Assembly (NCBI RefSeq): GCF_006345805.1 | Contig: NC_042998.1 | Span: 114,452,001 to 114,516,000, forward strand | DNA: 64,000 bases | Direction of reading: 5' to 3' | From: Octopus sinensis | Taxonomy: Eukaryota | Program-made: the position numbers and the translations under genes | Shown: positions 12,261 to 24,770 of the stretch, one piece after another | Layout: each line of letters starts with the position of its first letter | How positions within the stretch are numbered: position 1 is the stretch's first letter | The notes under the pieces: generated by a model | The model's database searches: none | What the model was told of the DNA's origin: nothing | Seen by the model: only the letters and a program-made list of their open reading frames with translations

Positions 12261-12763
12261 TGTGTGTGTGTGTGTTTATCTAAATGTGTGTATGTGCTTG
12301 TGTGTGGATATACATATATATGTGTGCGTGCGTGTTTTTGTGCATATAACATTTCCCCTACTTTATAGAGTTCAATAGAAGTCTCCCTAGAGCCTTTAGC
12401 GGAAATGTTATCAATTCAACACGAGTGTCGCCATTTTCCTTTCTGGACAGTTGTGGTCGGAACAACGGTACAACATTACTTCATTTAAATAAAGATAAAT
12501 GATGCCTGCAGCAGAAGGCGGGATATAAGGTAGAGAAGAAAAGAAAATGGAAATAGAATATGTATGATTACATAGATAGTTTTAAGAGAGACTAGTCGCG
12601 GTGAGAGAGAAAGGGAACGAAAGAAATAAAGAAAGAGAGTAACAGATATTTAGAACTAGAAGCAGATGCACATACAAACACACACATATATATATAGACA
12701 GAAATAGATAGATAAATAGATGATGGATAGATAGATAGATAGATATAGAGAGAGGATGGTTGG

Positions 12764-12845
<82 letters not shown>

Positions 12846-13885
12846 CATATATACTTACATACATACATGAACACAGTTTAAAGAGGGAGAAGTAATGAGA
12901 TAAAAAGAGAAAAAGAGAGAGGTGGGGAGAGAGGATAAGGAGGTAAATATATTGATAGAATAGGCAAGATGTGTTATAGAGGGACCGGTGGATTGATAGA
13001 AAAGGAGTAGCTGAGTGAGTGATAAAGAGCGAAAGAGAATTAGCGGGAAAGAGAGAGGCAGAGGAAGACAGACTGAGAAGGAAATAAGGTAGAAATGGGT
13101 AAATAGTGTACAAACGAGTCACTGATCGATTTTCTTTAATCATAACAAACGACACAAGATTTGTTTAAGAATCATATGTTCAGGTTTGGCTGTCTGTTTT
13201 GTTGTTAAATACAAGACACCTACTTTCTGTACACGCTTACTAACACCGTACCAAATTAAACAACTCTGTTGCACCTTCGCAAGTATCAGCCCCCATACAC
13301 ACGCACGCTCACACATATACACACGCATGTACAGACTCCTTCTGCCATACATGCATACAGTATACACACACAACACATCATCATTACGGTTGTTGGCATT
13401 TCTCGGTGTCGAGAATTTGTCTCTATAGAATTTATCGCTTGTTAGTTCTTAGACGGCTGTTTAAACCCACTTTTGATCTAAAAGAAGCACTGTTAAGTAA
13501 AGCACGACAAGTGGCTGGCGTCTGGGTGTAATAATCCTCGTTGATTCTTTGTTTCTCCGGACGATTTCTTCTATGAAGCTACTCTTTACGGATATTTCAT
13601 AGAAGTCTCATCTAACATATAACTTTCTTTTTTCTCCTGAGCGGGTGAGCACAAGACTCAACAACAAGAAGGACACACTAACTAAGTTGATGGTATACTA
13701 AACCGTTATCAAAACACTAGCACGGATATAAATTTAAACGCTTTATTGAAAAGTCAAACAAAATTTGGAAAAAAAAATCCTTCAGGAAACTCGCTGACCA
13801 CCATGTGCAAAAGTTAACAGAAGGTAATACTATGCTACCAATAGGCGATTCTTCAACATAAATACATACATACATACATACATAC

Positions 13886-14617
13886 ATCATAGCTGTATCC
13901 TCGTTACACGAGAAAAGCCATTACCAAGAAGACTTACTGAAATGATTTATTTTGTTGCCATGTGATGCCCTTATATGACTTTTAAGCCTAATCAAGCTTT
14001 TACACATCTTATTACATACTAGACTACTGTCCTGGCTGGCAGGAGAAACAGGTGTCACCATGTGCACTCTCTTATCATGTCTTTTTAGACCTCCAACGGC
14101 GAGGCACACCCTTCCACATTTTACACATGTTCTGTTGTGAATTTTAATGGCCACGTCACTGTTTATCATGGGTCGATTTCTGTGAGAATTTTGATGGCTC
14201 ACCGGGCCTGCACGACCCAAACACCTCCCACAAACCACACACATAAAAAGCAACACTCTCTCACTTTCCATAGGTTCCCCCCTTCTAAGCCCCCTCCTAA
14301 TTTTCTCATACTTCACTCAATCCCTCTTAAACCCTGAACAATCATCATGCACTATCTTCCTCCATCCATCACGGTTTTGTGTCTCCCTCTTCCAATCCCA
14401 GCTGCAATTCCTGTCTGTATTAGAGTATTTTAAAGGCAATCCTTAAATCTTAGTTTAGGCTTATGCGCCGGTATCCTGCCATCTTCCAGCTCACCATACA
14501 ATAGCTGTTTGGGCAGTCGCTCATCACTCATTTTTACCAAATATCTCCCCACCTCAACGTCTTTGCAAAATCATTAACTCTACACTTCTACTGCCACTCA
14601 TCTTACACACCTCAGCA
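13886..14617 (-). mobile_element. 5'-truncated RTE-clade LINE 3' end with three C2H2-like fingers
   Basis: Minus strand NAEVCKMSG..VKMSDERLPKQLLYGELEDGRIPAHKPKLRFKDCL (classic RTE C-terminus). ORF 13921-14316 carries CVVC..HQNSH, CVKC..HDKRVH and CNKMC..HIRASH. (CATA)n on both sides. Confidence 0.88.
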
Positions 14618-14760
14618 TTACATACATACAAACAAACAAACAAACAAACAAACAAACAAACAAACATACATACATACATACATACATACATACATACATA
14701 CATACATACATAAATACATAAATACATACATACATACATACATACATACACACACATACA

Positions 14761-15790
14761 AAATACCTGGTTACAACATTCTCAAAAGATGTAGGGTTGG
14801 AATTTGGTTAGGATAAATCTTGTTATATAATCGTGAAAAGAGGGAATACTGTAAACCAGACTACCAACAACTCCATCAGTGACTTGAATGTTTCCCCTAT
14901 ATCTGACGAGGTATGTTACAGGTATCTAGGAGTGGATGAAAACATATCTTATAATGGCACCTGTAACAAAACATTTGTCATTCAAGATTATTACAGCCGA
15001 ATAAAGAAATTTTGAATCTCGGAATCCTCTGCATTCAATAAAACAGTGGTCCACAATGTGTTTGCAGTGCCAGTACTCATACCAACATTTGGGTTGCTTG
15101 ATTGGACGTTTGATGAGATCCGAGCCATTTATGTGAAAACCCAAAAGACACTAACAAGCACAAATGATTTCCACATCAACAGTGACATAAATCGCCCCTA
15201 CCTGGAACGAAAACAAGGCAGCAGAGGCTTAACATCGATCCAAACTGCCTTTGAATGTGGTATATCCCTTCGGTAACATCTTTTAACCGAACAAGGGTCG
15301 AAGTGCATCCCTTGTTCAAGTTTGCATACATGCGGTTGATAAAATTATAAGACATTGAATGCACCTCCTTGAGCAGCATTCTTTGTCTGATGACCTTAAA
15401 TACATGCCCCAAAAGAAGTCACACGGCTCTAGCGTAACGTATCATCAAATGAAAGGAAGAACGTATATGAGCAGAAGATAGGGCATGGATATGTTAGTAC
15501 AAAGCTCCGAGATTTTAGTGACATTGATCATCAAAACAGTATATCAAGCAAAAACAGTCTATGCTAGCAAAAATACCCTGTTGTTGATGTTAAAATTCCA
15601 ATGAATCTGGGTTATAAACTGGCTCTTTCTTTATTGACAAGAAATCTTGAAATAAAATTGAACAATAACATACAAAAATACTCCGTTTTTGTGTTGAAAT
15701 TCAAATGAAGGAACCTTGGATCTAGCTAAGAAACCGGTTCTTTCTCTATCGGCAAAAATCTTGAAATAAAACTAAATAATAACATACATA
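14761..15790 (+). mobile_element. Decayed R4/Dong-like non-LTR element (RT C-terminal part and duplicated putative 3' end)
   Basis: FSKDVGLEFG*DK, YRYLGVDE, FAVPVLIPTFGLLDW and FHINSDINRPYLERKQGSRGL (R4-type HPxSDxxRLYLxRKxGGRGL). Two tandem ~110-bp terminal units at 15570-15790 end in CATACATAC. Confidence 0.8.
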
Positions 15791-15877
15791 CAAATAGAGA
15801 GATAAATAGGTAGCCGAACAGATAGGTAGAGATACTTACAGACAAACAGATAGATATATATATATATATATAGATAG

Positions 15878-15944
<67 letters not shown>

Positions 15945-16110
15945 CATAGATAGGCAGCCAAATAGATAACATATTCATACAGACAAACAGATAGATAGAT
16001 AAATAGATAGGTAGATAGACAAATAGAGAGATTGATTGATAGATAAGCAGTCAAATAGATAAGATATTCATACAGACAGACAAACAGATATATAGATAGA
16101 TTCATTGATT

Positions 16111-16189
<79 letters not shown>

Positions 16190-16191
16190 GA

Positions 16192-16289
<98 letters not shown>

Positions 16290-16330
16290 GATAGATATAT
16301 AGATAGGCAGTCAAATAGATAAGATATTCA
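15790..16330 (+). repeat. Compound (GATA)n array with a recurring ~45-bp higher-order unit
   Basis: (GATA)n is interrupted by TAGGCAGCCAAATAGATAACATATTCATACAGACAAACAG-like units near 15805, 15950, 16043 and 16303. Confidence 0.85.
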
Positions 16331-17351
16331 TAATATAAAGTTAGAGAAAAATACTCGAGGATAATATTTGCATACTCTATAAAATTGCCCACAAAAAATA
16401 GAAGAATGATTATCGAAGTGTTACTTATATTGCAACAATGTCAAAGTAAGCACACAAACAACACACATCAAAAATGTAACTTGTTTGCTAGTGGCATGAA
16501 AAGCAAATGGTCAAAGTGTTGACCACAAGAAAGCAAATCTACAAGAGACTGGTGACGTAGAAGCTTCACAGTGAAAAAACTTTTGGTCGGAAAGTCTACA
16601 TGACTTCAAAGAGTATATAAGTAAGAATGTATTCATTCTTACTTATTCATTCTGTTCTTGAAAATAAGATTACGAATGTCTGGAAATATAGTATATGGAA
16701 TATGAATATATGAACTTTATTGTTCCAAACTAGATGTAAATAACTAATAAGAAAATCCGAAAAATCTAAGACAAAGCATAATCAGCCGTGTATTTAACGA
16801 AACACATAGATACATACATGCATACACGCATAGAAATACACATTCGTGCACTTATATGTAATATACTAAATACATTTTCTAGATATTAGTCTTAGTTACT
16901 TCCGCATCCCCAAGTCCATCAAGAGATGAAATATCTTCGCCCAGTACGGTTGCTTGCTTCTTTGCTAGGTGTATACTTGCCAGATTCTCCTTCACAGATC
17001 CTCTTTAACTAGGACTTGACATGTCTGCCCCATATCCTACGAGAGGGGATTTCTCTCTCTCTCTCTCTCTTTCACTTGTCACTTCATTGGCATCCCCGCT
17101 ATATAGCCTTGAATCCTCCTCTTGTGTTATTTCGTTCACAGCCACCGCCATATAAGCTTTAGACTTAAAACGATCTTGCGACAGACATAACTCTTTAATA
17201 TAGTTTTGCATTTCTTTCCTCTCTGTTTCGGTAATTACAGGAGGTTGACTGTTAATGAATAACATTCTCCACTTACCTAAGTAATTAAAAAGAAAATATG
17301 GCAATGACTTCATCACATATTCCATGTGCGCGTGCGACACTATCTTGAGTG

Positions 17352-17424
17352 ACCTGGCTAATTCAATCGGTAGAGCACTAGTCTCTTAATCTCAGGGTCG
17401 TGGGTTCGAACCACACATTAGGCA
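17352..17424 (+). pseudogene. tRNA-Lys(CTT) pseudogene
   Basis: ACCTGGCTAATTCAATCGGTAGAGCACTAGTCTCTTAATCTCAGGGTCGTGGGTTCGAACCACACATTAGGCA aligns without gaps over 73 nt to the conserved metazoan tRNA-Lys-CTT. The anticodon loop CTCTTAA is intact, but the acceptor, D, anticodon and T stems have mispairs. A T-run follows. Confidence 0.85.
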
Positions 17425-17439
17425 GAATATTTATTTTTA

Positions 17440-17857
17440 GGCGCAAGCAAGAAACTTTGTTTATAACCATACGATTTTGGGTTGAGTCCCACTGTGTGGT
17501 ACCTTGTAAAAGTGTCTTCTTAGCCCCTGATTGACCAAAGCTGTTATCAGTGGATTAGGTAGACGAAAACTGAAAGAATCCCGTCACATGTATATGTGTG
17601 TATGTATGTGCGTGTGAGTATAAATGTGTGCGTGCGTATTTATGTATGTGTGCCTATATAAGCAGGTGTGTCTATCCCAACATTCCTGGTTTGACAACCG
17701 GTTCGGGTTTCTGTACGAGCGTGTAACGTAGCAGTTCGGCAAAAGGCAACAACAGAATAAATAAAAGGGGGTAAATTTTTCTCGACTAAGAACCCCTCAA
17801 AATAGTGCCCGAGTTCGAGCATCACCACAGACCAATGACTAAACAAGTAAAAGATAA
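17440..17857 (+). mobile_element. SINE family A, diverged full-length copy
   Basis: GGTTGAGTCCCACTGTGTGGTACCTTG..AGTGTCTTCT..GTAGACGAAAACTGAAAGAA..CAATGACTAAACAAGTAAAAG. Confidence 0.85.
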
Positions 17858-18349
17858 ACAATAGAAGTATACATGATTTGAACTTACCATCCCTCGCCAA
17901 GAGCTCACTTCTTTAAAAAAAGTTCTGTTGCTTTGTCCTCCATATTTCAGTAACTACGCAAAGATTCATATTAACATCAATTGGACTTAACAATTTCCTA
18001 TTCTTTCATTATTATTCTACAAGCTTTATTTTACGTTCCCGAACACACAACACACTATATATTCATTATCGCAAACAGCGTTATGTCTGTATCAGCAACA
18101 AGGGAATAAAATAACCAAAAGCCAACAAGAAATGTGACTTTGCTAATAGAAAATATTATTTTTCCAATTAGATATTTTCTAGCAAAAGTAGGAGGGTCAT
18201 CATAATTGGCATTTTCATAACGTTACAGAAAATATAACAATTTACAGAATTAGACAGAATTACTATAGCTATTAATTCAAATTGTCCGAGCAGAATATAT
18301 TCTGCTTGCTTATGCACAGGCTTTATATTTTATGCATTCTTATATTACT

Positions 18350-18351
18350 AG

Positions 18352-18448
<97 letters not shown>

Positions 18449-18495
18449 ACTATCTATCTATCTATCTATCTATCTATATATCTATCTATCTATCG
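18350..18495 (+). repeat. (TATC)n microsatellite
   Basis: Near-perfect tract seen directly. Similar tracts occur near 1735, 8137, 9641, 31695, 48825 and 56720. Confidence 0.95.
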
Positions 18496-18788
18496 ACGTT
18501 TCTATCTATTTCTTTGTACGTTTAACAGTGAGACAAAAACATATATATATATATATATATATATACCTGCACATGCACAAGCACTCACATATATTTGTCA
18601 ATTTATCTATCTGCAAATTAACCTATCTCATTCTGTACACAAGTTCCATTGCTATCCATTCTTTGTCATGTAATCTATATAGAGCAATATCTGTTCACAT
18701 CTCAGTCAACTAATTAATCAATCAGTCTATACTTATATATCAAATTCCCTATATAGACCAAGCTTTTATGCATATGTATATGTATCCT

Positions 18789-18819
<31 letters not shown>

Positions 18820-18843
18820 GTATATATACGGAATATGTATATG

Positions 18844-18874
<31 letters not shown>

Positions 18875-19179
18875 ATTTATATAAATGCATACATGCATAT
18901 ATATATGCGTATGCCTTCAGGTATCGCTCGTTTTCAAGTAAGAGACCACATGTTATACTAATATGTGCAGTGAGTTAATTATAAATAAAGAAGCTCCAAG
19001 TAACAATATCTGTAAATGACCAGCAATACATAATTCTGTGGCAGCGCGAGAGATAGAAAGAGAGGAAAGAGAAGAAGAAGAGAGAGAGAGAGGAGAGAGA
19101 GAGAGGGAGAGGGAGAGGGAAGGAGAGATAAGAATGAGCTTGGGGAGAGAAACAACAGAACGGTAAATGATAATGTGAA

Positions 19180-19235
19180 TGATGAAGAATTGTAATGATT
19201 ATAATAATGATGACAAGGCACCTAATACTACTGTG

Positions 19236-19285
<50 letters not shown>

Positions 19286-19382
19286 CATTATCATCATCAT
19301 CGTCGTCATCATCATCATCATCATCATCACGACCACGACCACCACCATCATCATCATCATCATCACCATCATCATTATCATT
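19180..19382 (+). repeat. Mosaic trinucleotide tract (CTA)n/(TCA)n/(CCA)n
   Basis: Seen directly. Explains the poly-L/I/Y/S ORFs here. Confidence 0.95.
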
Positions 19383-19383
19383 T

Positions 19384-19540
19384 AGGCGAGGGCAGCGATC
19401 TGGCATAATCATTAGCATGCTGAACTAAATGCTTAGCGGCAATTCTTCCGGATCTCTACGTTCTGGGTTCAAATTCCGTCGAAGTTGCGTTTACATTTCA
19501 TCCTTATGTGCCGAATGATTATTACTAGTTGAGCACCAAA
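19384..19540 (+). mobile_element. SINE family B (Nin-domain-like), diverged
   Basis: AAATGCTTAGCGG..TACGTTCTGGGTTCAAATTCCGTCGAAG..TTTCATCCTT matches the head at 53619-53740. Confidence 0.75.
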
Positions 19541-19600
19541 TGTTCAACCTTTCTGCCGATAAAAAATTTCTGCCGATAAAAAATTTCTGCCACTCGGCAG

Positions 19601-19643
<43 letters not shown>

Positions 19644-19669
19644 TATTATTATTATTATTATATTATTAT

Positions 19670-19810
19670 CATTTCAATGTCTCTTCGCACAGGTCTTGAT
19701 TTTACGTGCTCCTGATCATACGCTAAGAGCTGTCAGGGCCTCGTAACTTAACACCCAAGTATTTCAGAATATCTTCTACCTTCATGTCTATCCCAATTTC
19801 TCAAATAGCA
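19670..19810 (-). mobile_element. R4/Dong-like 3' end with (TAA)n tail
   Basis: Minus strand EKLGIDMKVEDILK-like end of ORF and a short UTR running into (TAA)n at 19600-19670. Confidence 0.5.
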
Positions 19811-19849
19811 GCATGGTCTACTCTCATGTCAATGCCTAGATGACCTCCA

Positions 19850-20110
19850 GGTAGGGATGACAAGAATCCTCAAATGCAGGACCAGGCAACCCACCAAAAT
19901 ACAATCTCACGATTGTTTATCGCCAGTTTACTGGCGCCTGCTTTGAGTAATTCCATTCAACTTCATCCTTTTCAGCACGGTCACTTCCCTTCTACAAATC
20001 GGTTGGAGCAGAGCCCTTTCCTCTCTACCCTCAGTTGCGTTTCTAAGAGGAACTTGAAAATAAAATAACAGAATACGAGGGTTTGACCGAATCAGAAAGT
20101 GTTTGCCCTC
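19850..20110 (-). mobile_element. Tx1-like LINE ORF2 C-terminal remnant (probable 3' end of the 20350-22960 element)
   Basis: Minus strand ANTF*FGQTL..FKFLLETQLRVERKGLCSNRF is homologous to TNTFLSGQSLINFFKYHLKRIVRVERQVLSSECF at 9100-9200. Confidence 0.75.
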
Positions 20111-20132
20111 AATTGTGCCAGCTCGGCGCCTA

Positions 20133-20205
<73 letters not shown>

Positions 20206-20349
20206 CAATGATGATGATGATGATGATGTTGATGATGATGATGATGATGATGATAATAATGTAATAAATGCCCCGATGCAGCAGGCAGTGGCTCTCATGG
20301 TTTCTGATCTTAACAAATTATAAGTATTATCATGTATATTGCTTTGTCT

Positions 20350-22960
20350 TGCATTTCAGGGGCTCAAACCGGCATTTCGCAGAATCTCGCGTCCCTCACC
20401 GATAGCCGTGGTAGGCCATCTAGGTACGAAGTAAAGGTCGCTACCGTCGTTGTCCCATCACCCTCCCCAAACAGCCGCACAATGTGCTGCTGGAAAGCCG
20501 CACACATCTGCTCAGAACCGAGCAGCACACATCCTTCCTGATCTGTCAAAGACTTGAGTGTAGTTTTGTTTCCATGTCGAGTCTTTACCATTCGGGCCCA
20601 TCGGATGGCTTTATTTCCTTCGTGTTTTAGCGCACGGGCCTTAGCTCTGACAAGGCGGCTTTCGTGTTTCGCCTTAAAGAAATGGTCAAGGGCCATTCTC
20701 ATCGCTAACATATCGCGATGCCTTTACAAATAGCCTCTTCTAGCTTGTTAACTAGTTCTCCCTCTAATCTATTTGTTTCTATTGCTAAATCTTTGCTAAA
20801 CGCTGTCTACGGGTCCTATCTAATTCGACTGGGTATATCACAAATTAGTGATCTGCGTAGCCGACCAATTTAAATTGTGGGTAGCCTATGTTATCCCTAT
20901 CCTCTGAGCTACCAAATACTCTGTCTAAATACCATCTGGATGACCCGCTGTGGTTGTTCCATGCCCATACTGGCACATCAGGGAAATTCAGTCGGTACCT
21001 GTCAGAAAGCTGGTAAGTCCTGAGCAGGTTTTCGAGGCTTTTACACACCATTCTACTAAGTACTAAACCCACACAGTCCTTCCGTGCGTCCAAAATACTA
21101 TTCCAGTCCCCCATTAGTAGTAAAGTGCGAGACGTTCCCAAGAATGTTTCTAGACATCTAAAGAAATTTGAGCTTCCAGCGCCTGTTGGGGTATGAACCG
21201 TCACCAGTCTAAAGGCACCACATTCGCTGTCATTCACGTCCAGGTCAACCACCGTACCATCCGGGTCTATGAAGATAGCCCGTTCTTGGAGATCTAAGAA
21301 TTTACGGAGTAGCACTGCTACATCGCCACCCGCTTCGGATAGATCACAAGATGAGAATATCTGGTAGTCCTCGAAAATGGATGTTAGAGTATGTTTTTCG
21401 GTGATCCTTGTTTTCCTAAAGTCACATCCAAATCAAGTGACCTGATCTTTGATCAAGTGACCATGCTTACAAGCTGATCCCAGTCCACGCACATTCACAC
21501 ACCCCATTCTCAGCACAGCTATGCTAATCAGCGAAAGGAAAATGGGGAGGTTACTCATCTTGATTCTCGAGAAGCCCGGCCACTCTACTGTCGAAAATGT
21601 TTTAAAAGACCCTTCCAGCAGCCTTTTATCAACAGAATTATTAAAAATCCTCATACTACCTGCAAAATGTTCTATTATAGTTTTGTAAACGTCTGACAAC
21701 GTCTCAATTAAGAGTCTGACCTATTTTGTTTTTGTTTTGAAATACAAAATCCATCGATTCACTGTTACACTTGTTCACGCAGTGAAATTGATGGATACAT
21801 TTTGTCTACAATCTGATGAATATTTTGGAGGTTCTGTAGTTGGTTGTTTTTGTGTTTCTGTGATTTTATGCTACTGTTGATGTCGCTGCTTTTGAAGTTG
21901 TTGGCTTTGTCTTTGTAGTTTTTATTGGAGTGATTGTGAATTGTGTTGCAGTTGTGGTTTCAGAATAAGTCTTTGTTGATTTCTTGGAATAGGGCTGTGT
22001 ACTCTCTTCCTCTTTCACGTACCCCCTTTTATGGCTATTATCCATTAATGATTCAGCTCTTTTTTCTTCATGTCATTGTACTTAATGTTGGTTTGGGAGT
22101 AAGAGCATTCAGGAGAAACTTGCTTTTCCGTGGCAACCGAGGGTAGACTACTTCTTTGGCTTGGTTTGGGAGTGGGTGTAGGAGTCTTGAGCACTTATTT
22201 ATGATTTTGCACTTGTAATGTTGGCAGCAGTGAAGTATTATTTTCCCTTGTTTCAGGGCATAAAGCCTTTAAGTGATTTACAGATCCACATGTGTAGCAT
22301 CTTGGCTTTCTACCCTCCATGAACACTGACAGGTGAGTACCAACCGGGAGAACGATTAGATCGGGCAGCTGGTCGATATGGTCCTGCTTGCATTGCAAGG
22401 TCAGTTCCATACCTATACCTAACCAGTTTTGTTTAGGTAGTTTCTTGACCAACAATATTGTGACTTCGTCTTCTTCTATACCTGTCAAGATGGCCGCCAC
22501 TGTCCAAGTAATGAATATTTTTGGCAGCAGGTTCAGCACCCTAATCTTGGCAAGACGTTGGCAGCGATAACTGGGGATTAAGAAAAAGTTGGCATTCCTC
22601 AAAGTGGTTGTGGAATTACATGTAGCTTCTTCTTCCGTCCCAAATCCCACCTCAGTGGTTTCAAACTTCTTTCCACGGGTGAAGTGGGTCTTTCGTTCCC
22701 ACACGCGCAAAGTATTGTTCCACCATCGACCCAAGGCAATTTTGTACTTCGCTCTCAGTATCATTTTCTACCCACCAAGACTTGACTCCGACGCAACGGT
22801 ATGTGACCGTGCATCTTGCGATATTTCTATCACGTTTAGAGCCACCATTTTCCCATGTCTTTTTACAATTTTTCTTGCCAATTTTAATCCTTTTTCATCT
22901 ATTTGGAAACTTACCGTATTACCCGTGGTAGACGCAAAATACGCAGAGGCAATATTTGCA
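20350..22960 (-). mobile_element. Decayed L1/Tx1-clade LINE 5' part: ORF1 (zinc knuckle) and ORF2 AP-endonuclease
   Basis: ORF1 has EGRKPRCYTCGSVNHLKALCP (CCHC) and a Q/K-rich linker. ORF2 starts near LRMGCVNVRGL, then FRLVTVHTP, LLLMGDWNSILD, WYLDRVF and YADH (APE motifs), then RLVRAKAR..EGNK..YLDGLPRLS. Multiple stops and frameshifts. Confidence 0.9.
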
Positions 22961-23063
22961 TTTTAATGTTTCATTTCTTTCGTATGGTTGTTGCTGTTAT
23001 TGTTGTTGCTGTTGTTGTTGCTGTCACTGCTGCTGCTGTTACTGTTGTTGTTCTCATTGTCGA

Positions 23064-23115
<52 letters not shown>

Positions 23116-23139
23116 TAATAATAATAATAATAATAATGA

Positions 23140-24012
23140 TAAAGTATAAAAGAGGACATGAAGAAGAATTACGCAAGAATGGACTATACATAATCAATTC
23201 CCTGTAGCCACAACGGAAGTTGCTGGAAAATAGGTGGTATTGGCTGATGAAAGGAACTCTAAAAAAGGAGATTGAGAGCACTATACTGGTAACGCAAGAC
23301 CAAGCTTTGGCCACGAACTAGAGAGTCAACCTTAGGAAAGAACAAATGCCTCTGCTGTGCCACATCTGCAATATAGTGGAAATTATTGGGAAACTATTGG
23401 CCATATCACGAACGAATGCTTTATACTTGACTAAAACCAATACAAGTTGTGGCGACATGACCAGGTAGCGATAGTGTTACACTGACAACTGTCAGAAAAA
23501 TGAGAGTTAGAGCGTGATAAGACGTGGTATGAGCAAAAACCGCGGAGATTGGCGGAGTCGGAGACTAGCAAAATCCTTTGGGATTTTCTAATCCAAACAA
23601 ATTAGGACATAAAGCATAACAGACTGGACCTAGTGCTGGTGGACAAGGTGCATCACATATGCTATATAGTTGACGTTGCATGCCTGTTTGACCCACGAAT
23701 AGTCAAGATGGAAGACGAAAAGATAGATAGATACAACGCTCTTAAGTTCGAAATAGCCTCGCTATGGAAAATGAAGATGAAGATAGTGCCAATTATTGTT
23801 GGGTCATTGAGAACAGAATCAGAAGGTATGAAGAGGAAAATAAAGGAAATCGGAATAGAGTGTACAGTAAATGTGTCACAAAAAGTTTGCCTCCTTGGCA
23901 TGGCTAGAATAACCAGGAAAGTATTAGACATCAGAAAAGAACTAATAGCATAGTAACATAGATAATAAACCCGCTACGCATGCAAGACTCCAGGAGCTCC
24001 AACAAAACCTGT
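23140..24012 (+). mobile_element. 5'-truncated R4/Dong-like LINE with REL endonuclease, embedded in (TAA)n
   Basis: GTLKKEIESTILVTQDQALATN, a Cys/His remnant, WRHDQVA, KILWDF, HNRLDLVLVDK..CYIVDVAC..EKIDRYNALKFEIASLW..IVPIIVGSL (PD..D/ExK REL), ending LLGMARITRKVLD. (TAA)n at 23065-23138 and 24013-24078. Confidence 0.9.
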
Positions 24013-24013
24013 G

Positions 24014-24078
<65 letters not shown>

Positions 24079-24079
24079 C

Positions 24080-24770
24080 CTTTCTACTGATTTTATTATC
24101 ATACAAAGGTAACCCTTTCTATCCTAGGTACAAGGCCTGCAATTTTAGGGAGGGGTAAATCGACTAGATTCACACTAGTGTTCAAATGGTACTTACTTTA
24201 CAGACTCCAAAAGGATGAAATGCAAGGTCAACCTCGGCGGAATTTGAACGGACGTAATGCTGCAAAGCATTTTGCTCGGCGTGCTAACGATTCTACCATC
24301 TCTTCGCTTTAATAATAATATAAATAATAATTATTTCAAATTTTTGCACAAGGCCAGCAATTTCGGGGAGGGGTTAAGTCGATTGCATCGAACCAGTACT
24401 CAACTGGTATTAATTTATTCACCCCATAATGATGAAAGGCAAAGTCAACCTCGGCAGAATTTGAACTCAGAACCTGAAGACGGACGAAATGCCGCTAAGC
24501 ACTTTGCTCGGCGTGCTAACGATTCTGCCAGCTCACCACTATCGTCGCTTTAATAATGATATTGTTTCTAAATTTTGTACAAGGCCAACAACTTTGATGG
24601 GATGAAGACTATTTCATTCCACCGACTCCAATAATTGACTGGTAGTTTATTTTATGAAACCTGGAAACATTAAAAGTCAAGTTGACCTCGGTTGAATTTC
24701 AGCTCAGAACGAGAAGAGCCGAACAAAATTCTACAGAACATTTTTCATCGCTATGTTACCATCTCACCTA
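24080..24770 (-). mobile_element. Cluster of three SINE family B copies
   Basis: Repeated GGATGAAAGGCAAAGTCAACCTCGGCGGAATTTGAAC..GCTAAGCATTTTGCTCGGCGTGCTAACGATTCTGCCAGCTC, the reverse complement of the family B head. Confidence 0.85.

Noticed and set aside
13921-14316. Host C2H2 zinc-finger gene
   Set aside because: No TGEKP linkers, and contiguous with RTE ORF2 motifs and a retroposon tail.
17352-17424. Functional tRNA-Lys gene
   Set aside because: Mispairs at acceptor 1-72 and 7-66 and in the D, anticodon and T stems.
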